Source of the DNA: Spironucleus salmonicida
Lineage: Eukaryota
Length of the DNA stretch: 64,000 nt
Assembly (NCBI RefSeq): GCF_000497125.1
Contig: NC_090602.1
Location: forward strand, 1,488,001-1,552,000
Direction: 5' to 3'
Below are positions 54,290 through 64,000 of this stretch, in pieces (the first letter of the stretch is position 1; each line of letters begins with the position of its first letter). A model generated the notes under the pieces. That model saw only the letters and a list, made by a program, of their open reading frames with translations, ran no database searches and was not told where the DNA came from. A program made the translations under genes and the position numbers.

Positions 54290-55378
54290 ATGACAAACTC
54301 CCCGGAAGACTCGCCCTTCATAGACTTCAAACCTCATGATCTATTAAGAGAATCATAAATATCTGACAATAATTTACTATCATCTACAATAGCAGCATCC
54401 CCTTAAATTCAGCGAAATTAACTCTTACTCTCACAAGATCTTGATTTTTAGCCAAATGATAACTCAAATGAATTATTTTAGTAATCTCTTACATAAAATT
54501 TCGAGAGTTATATTAATAATAACGGTATTTCCCTCCTATAAGCGTCAAATATAATTTCAAATCTGTCGACCTAACAACTTCTCTAAATAGCAACTCATCC
54601 TATTGGTAATTTTACGCTTTAGATTTTACTACCTTTTAATACTTTTGCATTTGTCTAGCTACTAGAGTCACACATCTATCAGCTATCAATTCACTCACAT
54701 GGTACCAGAGTTATTTAAAAGTTAATCGAAATCGCGGGAGTAGATACGAGAAAGTTTATTATATTTGAACTTCAAGGTAAAGTAAAAGAATTAATTTTTT
54801 CATAGAATGGTAATCACTGCGTTGGCAAAATATTTGATTGTTTTGAGTCTAATGATGCAAAATTTGCGATTTAAGAATGTATTGAAGGATTTTTGAGTAT
54901 TAGCAGACATTGCTTCGGGTGTTGTCTTATGTAGAAAGCTATTCAGCTTTCCAACCAACTTTTTGTAGAGTTTTACTAGTTAGCAGTTTAGAATGCAGTT
55001 GTCATGGTTCAGGATGAATTTGCAAATTTCGTTTATCAGTGTATTTTAGAGAACCAAAATATATTTAATCATAATTTAGATGTTAATTAGCTTATATTTC
55101 CATTAATAGCACACTCACGAGCTTTTTGCATGAAAAAAGCTAGTAGCCATGTAGTTGAAAAAATTGTAGTCCATGCTTCCGGATAATGTTTGGAATAACT
55201 AGTTGAGTTTTTGACAGATAATCAAGAGGATTTGGTGAAGATCTGTTCTGACAAATTTGGTAATTACGTTATTTAAAAAGTATTGTAGAAAGGTATGGGG
55301 AAAGAAAAAATAAGACTGGTTAAGAACTAATTAGTTGGTAATTAATATGCCAGGTTTATTTTAATGTAAATTGAATGA
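54290..55378 (+). CDS. Pumilio/PUF RNA-binding protein (362 aa)
   Basis: PUF repeats HPIGNFTLQ, HSHGTRVIQKLIE, QNGNHCV, HCFGCCLMQKAI, QDEFANFVYQ, KASSHVVEK, SDKFGNYVIQKVL. Confidence 0.93.
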
Positions 55379-55388
55379 ATTATTTAAG

Positions 55389-55778
55389 TCACTAAGAGAA
55401 TGGTTGCGGTGTGTGCTAATTTTATGAAAGCTGTGTATATTGTAGAAGTGGCTAATTAGTTTATAAAGATTGGTTAAAATAATCGAATGAGTGTGATTAA
55501 TCAAATAAATGAGATGTTGCTGGTACTGGTTACTAGTAAGTGAGTGAAATTTTTAGTGCTTCAATAACTTCATTTTGCTGCTAGGAATGATTTGAAATTG
55601 CTTATTAGCTGATATTAAATTATTATCTCTCTTAATAAAAGTTTGCTTTTTCTATATTAAACTATTAGACTTACTATTACAATTGCTCCTAATATTGGTT
55701 TAACTACAATTCCCTTAAATTTAAGTCTTGTTCACGTTGCTAAATTTATTAAACTAATTATTCTATATTGTTATTCAT
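55389..55778 (-). CDS. Small Gln-rich coiled-coil protein (129 aa)
   Basis: MNNNIEQLVQQIQQREQDLNLRELQLNQ...; ends TAG-TGA. Confidence 0.7.
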
Positions 55779-55896
55779 TTTTGTTTAAATGAGATATTTT
55801 AGATTATAATTTATGAATATTAAAATTAAATTATTAATCAATTATTATATAATTATAATTATAATATAAAACGTTTCCTTTTTCACTCTAATAAAG

Positions 55897-57834
55897 ATGC
55901 CGGCGTATGATTTCAAATCTATACCTCCGATCTTAGCTTCGAAAGAGCTTATTGACGCTATCTTGTACAAAACTATGAGAAAGACACCTACTATTGTCAG
56001 AAAGCAATTTAATATTGCTAGAATCAGAAACTTTTATATGCTTAAGGTAAAGTTTACTCAGAACACAATCGACAACAAACTTTAAGACATCGTGGGAAAT
56101 TTCCCCAAGCTCGAGCAAATCCATCCATTCTATCGCTATTGGTTCAACGTGCTCTATGATAGGGATCACTTCAAGATCGCTTTAGGCCAGCTCAAAAACT
56201 GCAAAACCTTAGTGGATAAAGTCGGTTCTCACTATGTGAAATTGCTTAAACACGCCGATTCTCTATTTTAATGCAAACAATTAAAAGTTGCGGCCTTAGG
56301 TAGAATGGTTTCTCTCGTGCGCAAAATGGACGCCTATCTGCAGTATTTAGAGCAAGTACGTCAGCACATGGCTCGTTTGCCAAACATTGACCCCTCAATG
56401 CGCTCAATCGTCATTACGGGCTACCCGTCTGCCGGAAAGTCCTCATTTTTGAACACGCTCACGGCAGCCAACGTAGACGTCCAATCCTGGGCGTTCACGA
56501 CCCAGTCCCTCCTGGTCGGTCACGCTGACAGGTCGAACATCCGCTTCCAGATAATCGACACGCCGGGCCTCTTAGACAGAAACCTGGAAGAGCGCAACAA
56601 CATCGAACTCCAGGCCATCACCGCTTTGGCCTATCTCAACTCGACCGTAATCTTCGTTTTGGACGTCACGCAGGGCCAGATTTTCACCGAAAAACAGGTC
56701 CAGCTGTTCGACTCTTTGAAGCCGTTTTTCGCGGGAAAAAACGTCGTCATTTGCCTCTCAAAATCCGATTTGTGGGACGCCGCGCAGCTCTCAGAGACCG
56801 AAAAGCAGCTCATTCAGTCGCTCACGCCGTTTTCGTTCGAAGAAACGATCGGCCTGGCCGCAATTCCGTACATTTCGACGAGCGACTTCGCCGAAGCGCT
56901 CAAAATCGGCGGTCTTCAGGCCGTTCAGGCCACGCAGGCTCTCCAGCAGGAAAACTCGAGAATCCAGCAACTTATTTCCATCCCACAAATTCCGATGATT
57001 TCGTGCAGTTCGTAGTCGAATTCGGGCTGCGAGCGCGTTTTCAACATCGCTGCGGACCTGCTTTTGAGGCAGCGGGAGAGATCTGGCCTCCAGACGTACG
57101 GCCAGGGCCAATTGGCGATTCCGGGGCTCTACGTGGCGTATCCGAAGGGCAAAACGTCGAATTCGAGCGTTCCGGATTCGGTTCAGCAGCTGAACACGCA
57201 GGGGCTCAATCCGCGCCCTCTGTCCCAAGCTGACGGTTTCGTGACCGAATTGGACAAGGAAATGCAGTTTGGGCAGTCGTGCAAGTACATCTACAACGAG
57301 CGCGAAAAGTGGGATTTGGCGAGGCCTGAGTGGATCAACGACCCGATTCCGCTCATTCACAACGGGAAGAACATTTTGGACTTCATTACCGTCGACGAGG
57401 ACATCATGAAAATGGTGCAGGACTTAGAAGAGGAGGAGCGCCAGCTTAGCAAGTAGCCTGCGCTGTACGACGACGAGGAGCTGTTTAAGCGTTTGGCTGC
57501 GTACAAGCGCCTGACGGATCATTCGAGACCCAAAAATGCTGTTTTGGAGACCATCAGGGCCAAAACCAACGAGAAAAAGGCTATTTTGGAGCGTTCCAGC
57601 GTGCGCTCTGGCAAGGCGCGCGTGACGTCAATTACAAAGCAGCGTAATATATCGGCGACCGACATTGAGCTGAACTAACAATACAAGGGTGTTGGTGAAG
57701 CTGGTCTGGAAAAGGCTAAAAAGATATACAAGAAGAACAGAGTTTCCGACAGTAATCAGTCTGTGGCGCCAGAAGAAATGGCCAGACATTTAATGTCAGG
57801 TAAGATGAGTAATGGCACAAGAGCGTGGAGATGA
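55897..57834 (+). CDS. NOG1: Nucleolar GTP-binding protein 1 (645 aa)
   Basis: RKTPTIVRK, IHPFY, YDRDHFK, G1 GYPSAGKS, AFTT, DTPGLLDR, IPLIHNGKNILDF, C-terminal RHLMSGK...WR. Confidence 0.98.
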
Positions 57835-57850
57835 TTATTTCGTTTTTTAT

Positions 57851-58375
57851 AGGGCATTTTAGAAACACATACTCAGTACATTTGACGTCTGCACTTGGTA
57901 TCCGTGGTTAGTACTATTCTGTTTTATTCAGAGAACTTGGTTGGTTTAGTTGGAAAATTGACGATTCAAAGTCAAAAAGTAGTCTCTTAGAGCTTAAAGC
58001 TGATGCGGATATTATAGTAGAGGATATGGTATCAGCTCTGCAGAAACAGAGCGCAGATACACGTTTATCTAGTGAATGGCGAAATCGCGTTTGAATTTTC
58101 TAATAGATATCTAGTGTGATTGGTGTAGTTGTCGCGTGCAGTAAGATTAAAAATCCAAGTTCCTGATACTCGGCCTTCCTTAGACTAGACTTCGAAGCAA
58201 GTATACGAACAGAACTATTATCTGGCCAGAAAAATATCTGTGTATAATTGTGCCTTCAAAATACTTCTAGATGTATATCTGTATCTCAGGATAGTTGAGG
58301 TGGAGATTGGACATAGGTTATATAATCCATCGAGGTAGTGGATTAAATCCTGGATATTCAGTTACTAGTTGCATA
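57851..58375. ncRNA. Candidate structured non-coding RNA (identity unknown); a 148-codon minus-strand ORF at 57928-58374 is an alternative reading
   Basis: Multiple long-range complementary segments found by eye (see findings); GC-richer than ordinary spacers; lies in an unusually long gap between convergent genes. Confidence 0.4.
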
Positions 58376-58457
58376 GATTATAAATTAAGGTTGAATTTCT
58401 TATTTTGTCGTATAAGTTTATAATCACTAATATGACTTTTAACAATAAATAGTTTTA

Positions 58458-60392
58458 TCACTCGGGGCATAAATTATCACATGCTGTTTTTAACACTTAA
58501 GTTTTTGCCTTCTTGAATAGTTTGTGATTAGAATCATTGACACTATACTTTTTATTTCTGTATGCACGGTTTAGTATTATTACTATTGCTACCACAATTA
58601 TAATTATAGCAGCAACAACCCCGATGGAAACGCTTATCACCATAGTACTGCTAGACCTATTATTGGAGCAGAGTTTTGGATCTTCCTCACAATTAATACA
58701 TTGTCCGTTTATATTCTCCATTCCATCGATACAAGTATCACATGAATTTTTATTACATTTTATACAGTTTTTGATTAATGTGCTACCACAATTACAAGAT
58801 TCCCCTAGGTTTAAATCTTAGCAATCAACACACTTTTTATTTTAAACACCCATTGACTAAATACACATATCACAACCATCAGCACCACATTCAATGCAAT
58901 TTTTAGTTGGGGTGTCTCTACATTAACACTACTAGTCCTTTGGCTGATCGCTATTACATTTATAGCATTATTTATTGTTAAGGTAATACCCGACATTGCA
59001 TTGTGTACAATTATCAGGAGTCTAATTGCACTAAGAACAGTTTTATTCACAGTTCTAGCAAGTATTTATCATATTATCCGATCCTTGTATGCATATTTTT
59101 CCAGAACCACAGTTACTATCATCTTAGCATTCATCCTTTTAACAAGTTTTGCCTACTAGTTTGAAATTTATTTAACAGGTCTTACAGCTATTTCCTGCGC
59201 ATTTGATACAATTTTCTAATAACTAAGTACCACACTAGCATTTTTAATTGATTGACATAGACCCAGAACAATAATGACACGTATTGAAGTCTGTTAAATA
59301 GTAAGTATCTTCGCATTAAGAACACTGACCTGAATGATCAGCCTTATCACAATGGTCAGGATTTCTAGTACAAGCTTTCTGAGAATTTAAGAAGTATCCT
59401 TCTATACACTTTGTGCACTCATGCATGGATGTGCATTCTGAACATGTCGATATACAGTTTTCGCATTTGTTTAATTCTCTGTCATGCTTAACACAGAATT
59501 TTCCAATACCGCAAAATTCATTATTGTTGCATTCTTATTGCGTACACTAGCCTTTAAGAGGCTTTTATCCTCCAATACAATTTAAGCATTGATTACCTTC
59601 GCACTAAATACAATTTTCTATCTTGTTCTCCTAACATTAACACTTTTGACCTTCTATCATATTCTTATCGCATGGTGTACATTACCTATCTTTATTGACA
59701 TATGAACTATGTTGGCATTATATGCAGACCTTATTATCCTCACACTTGTCACAATTATCAATACAAGATAAGCATTTATTGTAACCAAGGCTTTGCGTTG
59801 CACAGAATTGACCCTAACTGCACTCTGAGGATGAAAGACAATATGAAGAGCATTCTCCATTAATAAGAATATATCCATGAGTACATAAAACACACGTTGT
59901 ATCCTTACATGTAGCACAACCTTCTATTAAATGATTATCACAGTTACAAGCTAGAGGTTTGGTCATATCCTAAGAGCAGGGAACACACCAATTTCCTGGT
60001 ACCAAAACATATCCAGATTTACATGTTTGGCAAGTACTACTAGAACTACATTATTCACACCTTTCTGGACACTATTTACATATATTATCTTCAAGGAAAT
60101 ATCCATGTTCACAAAAGTCGCATACTTTCTCAGATTGGCATCCTTTACAGTTGCTTGAACATTCTATACACCTACCGTTAATAAGACTAAATTATCTCGA
60201 GCATGCTGCACATTTTTTACCGTCACACTTAGCACAATGTGGAATATATACCTTTTCGCATTAGCACTAACCATAAATTGACATATCGTAACCACATGGC
60301 AGACAGTCTTCTGGGTAAGGTCCAACATATGGGCTACAGTAGTATCCAGTTAGACACCTAGTATTTTCATATGCACATGAATTTGCTCCCAT
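58458..60392 (-). CDS. Cysteine-rich membrane protein (CRMP/VSP-like, CXXC and CXC motifs), 644 aa; alternative start 60470
   Basis: MGANSCAYENTRCLTGYYC..., dozens of CXXC/CXC motifs, C-terminal TM (VISVSIGVVAAIIIIVVAIVIIL) and basic tail. Confidence 0.92.
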
Positions 60393-61649
60393 TTTATAAG
60401 GAAACCAAATTCTGTATATTAATTATTTAGGGATTTAGTAAACAATGTTTCCTGATATATATTTACTCATTATAAATTCTATCACAATATAACTTATAAT
60501 AAGTTTTTGTATTCTACTAAGTTAATATAAATGAAAACTAATACATATTTAGACTAAAGCAATAACTTATTATAATAAATATTAAATATTTAAGTTAAAT
60601 AACAATAATTGTTATATTTAAATAATAATAATCTGAGTTTATTTATAATATAATAGCAAGTTCTTAAAATAGATTTGCTAAATTTCATAGCAGAGTTTTT
60701 TTAAAAATTATTATTCAACAACTTATTTGGTTTATATTATTTATAATTAATCTAGCATTCTACATATAAATTAAAAATAAAATTATATATTATAAATAAC
60801 AGGACAGTTATTAAAATTTAATTATATTTTTCAATATAATGATATTAATAAGGAATTGTCAAAATGGATACTACCTGCCAAGTAATAATCTTTTATTAAT
60901 ATCCTGCTGAACCTAGTATGAATTCTTAAAGTTGATACGATAACTACCATTTTACTGGTGTTGAAGCATAATTTTGATAACTTATAGGTTTATGTAACAG
61001 AAAATATTTATGAATTTTGTAAGAAAATTAATTTACTATTGCATGTTACCAATTAGATTTTTAATGAGGCTTAATATTACTATTTGGACTGAAAATAGTT
61101 AAAGAAACTTGAATTATTTTAATATCTGGTAAAAATATCACTTTTAAAGATTTTTTTAAATTATATAAGCAGCTTTTTTAATATGATTTTTTTAGTGCGC
61201 TATTTAAAGTAAGATTAGCTATTATTAAGTAACTCATTGTGTTATTTATTTAAGATATGATAAATTTATGAAATAATGGCTTAAATATTAGAAGATACTT
61301 ATTTTGTATCTTTTGTTTAAGTAAAAGGAGTACAGAATGATTATATTAATAAGTGCAGAAAAAGTAAACTGTACAATTTTTTACAGTAATATTGCAAATA
61401 TGATGCTTACTAGTTTAATATTGATGTACTAGTGATAAGTATAACTATCTAGATACGTTTATGATTATCAACTAAAACTTATATTAAAAATCGTAAAAAT
61501 AAATCTGTTTAATATAATAGACTTTGAGAAAGTACCATAACGTCTACAATATCTGAAGTATTTTAGATAATTTGAATATAAAGTATAAATAACAGTGAAT
61601 TTTTTAACATACGAATAAGAACTAATAAAATATAAAATTTTATATCTGG

Positions 61650-64000
61650 TCAGACAAATCTTACTCCAAAATAAGGTGCTTTTAGCATCCATTCTTTATC
61701 AGCGAATTTTGTTCGATTGCGCAACATCACAAAAGGTCGTACATAACCTCCAATTTTCAATGGAATTGCTAAAAACCCATTCGGGATACGTAGTTTCTTA
61801 GCATTAGCAGCTGAGCCAGATTTTAGTTTATTAAGATTACGCTCATAATCATCATCGTTTTCCTGAACTAATGCAATACTCGCAAAGAGTGGCATAAAGG
61901 GTCTATAACCTTGTCTTATTTCTGGCGTAACATCACATATAGTGTCCGCTTCTAGATCATACGCAGCACCAAATAACTCAAAATTAAGAATTTTGATATA
62001 AAAAGGTTATTTTTAGTTAGCAGTTTTTGGTAAAATTTCAACTGAACCATCCGAGTTTACAATTCCTTGAGATGTCGGAGGGGCTAAGGTTACGATAAGA
62101 CGAAGTTTATAGAATGGCACACAGAGTTATGTAGCCTGCGAAACTAGTAGATAATTCAAAATATCACCTAAAATCGGATAATAGGTTAGAGCAGAAATTT
62201 CCCAATATGTTATACGATTGACAAATGATAACTGATCATATATTCCTTTTTCAGTGATGTTCTGTTTTAAGTAATGTGGAATTAAGTTATTTATGAGGTT
62301 TGCTGGATTCTGGTAATGGCTGTGAACAGTAAACGTCAAATTATGAAATTGTTTAATAGACTGGATATAAATACGCAGTGCCGGCGGCATCTCATTTAAA
62401 TCTGACTAAATAAGGTCCTTTTTTTCATGTTATTGTTCAGAATGTGAGTTTATGATTTTCTGAATTTATGATTACGTGAAGGCGGAGCGAATATTCTAAG
62501 CCAGATGCGATTAAGATAATGTAGATGGTATTTTGTCCTGATTTATGTTTGAAATTATGTCCTCATTCGTGTTAGAGATAGATTGTAAAAGGTTTAAAAC
62601 CTAATTTATATCAATAAGCTTTTTAACGTTACTTAATTTTTTGAGGGAAGTTTATTGAACTGATTTTACTTGCACATGACGATATTTAGGGAAAAATTCG
62701 TTCTAAATGCTCTTTTTAAGCTAATCAATATTTATGGTATCGGGGTCAATTTAATTATCTTTATTCGAATCTTAAATTAATGCTTCTACAAAACGATCTG
62801 TGAATGTTAAATCTTAATTATTCGATTTTACTCGTTATATATCAACAAATTCCTGTGTTCGCGAATTTGATCCTTCTAAATCACTACATTTGCTATCTGA
62901 CTATTCAATAGAGTATTCTTCACATATATTGTTCTATTATTTACTATCATCAGTATTGATTGAGCTCTTATTATAGCTAGAAGTCTACGTAAATTGAAGT
63001 CTCATAATAGCTTCAAAATTACTTGTATTTCCAAGTGAAAGTTATCTTAGTGAATTAGATAACTAGTGTTCAAAGCTAACCAAAATTTTATCATTGGTAT
63101 CTATACTCGGCTGTGACAATATTGATAAATCAACTGACATCGATGGAAGGTTTTCTTCATCATTTTAAGATATTTATGCGTTCGAAATATTTAGATTAAT
63201 GATATAGTTAAGACATGAAATAAAATAGAAATCGTAAACTGTCAGGTTAGGTTTTGACATTAAAATAGCATATTTAAGAAATAAATGAGAAATTCCCTGT
63301 AATGATGGCTTTTATTATGATTTATTCAAGATTTAGTTGTTTTCACGATTTAAGATTTTGTTCGCCATTTACGAATATCTATTAAATAATACTATTCCGG
63401 CTAGGCTAAAATAATGTGCATATGCTCTATCTATTTAGTTTTAATTTTATAAATAGCAGAAATGAGCATTTACTGAATCCACTAAATAACCGAAACTTTA
63501 TCTACACAAAAAGATTTGATTATCATTAATCTAATCTTCTGGACAGCAGTTCATCTACTCAGCGAAATAGTTTGATGGAATGAAAACGAAAACTGGGAAC
63601 ATAGGAGTACCACGATGAATAGAATTCTTACGCTTTACCATCAGTTCAGTAAGTTGCTTTGCAGATTATGAAAAATTAGATTTTTAGTCTAATTAAACAT
63701 AAGTAGCATAATTTGAAAGATCAGTCATCGATGGTATTCGGTTCATAATTTTTTATTTAGTAATAACTTCTAGTTCTTTATCACTATAATGTATTGCATG
63801 TAAAAATTCTAAAATTTCGATCGCGGCGATATTTCTATCATAAAATACAAAAACTACAGGCATTGGTGCAGTATCCCCTTTACTTGAATATGAATTTAAT
63901 TGTATTTATTAATATTATGCTAGTTAACGGAATACACGCTGTCCAATGTCACCTAATGAAAGCAGCGATTCTGAAACCAAATCAGAATCTAGTTTGACAT
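61650..64000 (-). CDS. Hypothetical protein, partial (5' end outside the window; >780 aa)
   Basis: One TGA-free frame from the window end to TGA 61650; includes track ORFs 62127-62390 and 61650-61895. Confidence 0.8.

Noticed and set aside
52456-57360. Long track ORFs in alternative frames or antisense (52456, 52713, 52927, 55933, 56631, 56751, 56791)
   Set aside because: Shadow ORFs of GC-rich coding patches within the coiled-coil gene and NOG1.
60480-61640. Possible gene starting at ATG 60864
   Set aside because: All three plus-strand frames hit TGA within a short distance; no recognisable product.
1-64000. Pseudogene-rich region suggested by many in-frame TAA/TAG
   Set aside because: Essential genes carry them and frames stay open to a TGA; this is codon reassignment.
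1-64000. tRNA, rRNA, CRISPR arrays, transposase or reverse transcriptase genes, spliceosomal introns
   Set aside because: None recognised by eye; no GT(A/G)...CTAAC...AG intron was needed to complete any gene.

Overview
AT-rich, very gene-dense eukaryotic DNA that uses the non-standard code TAA/TAG = Gln, with TGA as the only stop. The supplied standard-code ORF track therefore shows only fragments. Re-read by hand with translation table 6, the window holds about 39 intron-less CDSs separated mostly by tens of bases. This architecture, a CXXC-rich membrane protein and a C-rich element just before housekeeping ATGs point to a hexamitid diplomonad (Spironucleus-like); that assignment is inferred. 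Recognisable genes: fibrillarin, eS10, uS15/RPS13, the 25-aa eL41, NOG1, Utp22/NOL6, SGT1 (CS+SGS), a PUF protein, a bromodomain+ET protein, an alpha-actinin-like protein, a GPR180/TMEM145-like 7TM protein, a class-3 lipase, an AAAP amino-acid transporter, a BPI-like protein, a MORN-repeat protein and a cysteine-rich membrane protein. Most worth a second look: a cryptic 1366-aa TAF1-like gene, a ~500-nt heavily base-paired segment between NOG1 and the CRMP gene (candidate structured ncRNA), two smaller structured segments, a three-member coiled-coil family and a shared YCRCTCCA promoter element. All homology calls come from motif recognition by eye; no searches were run.
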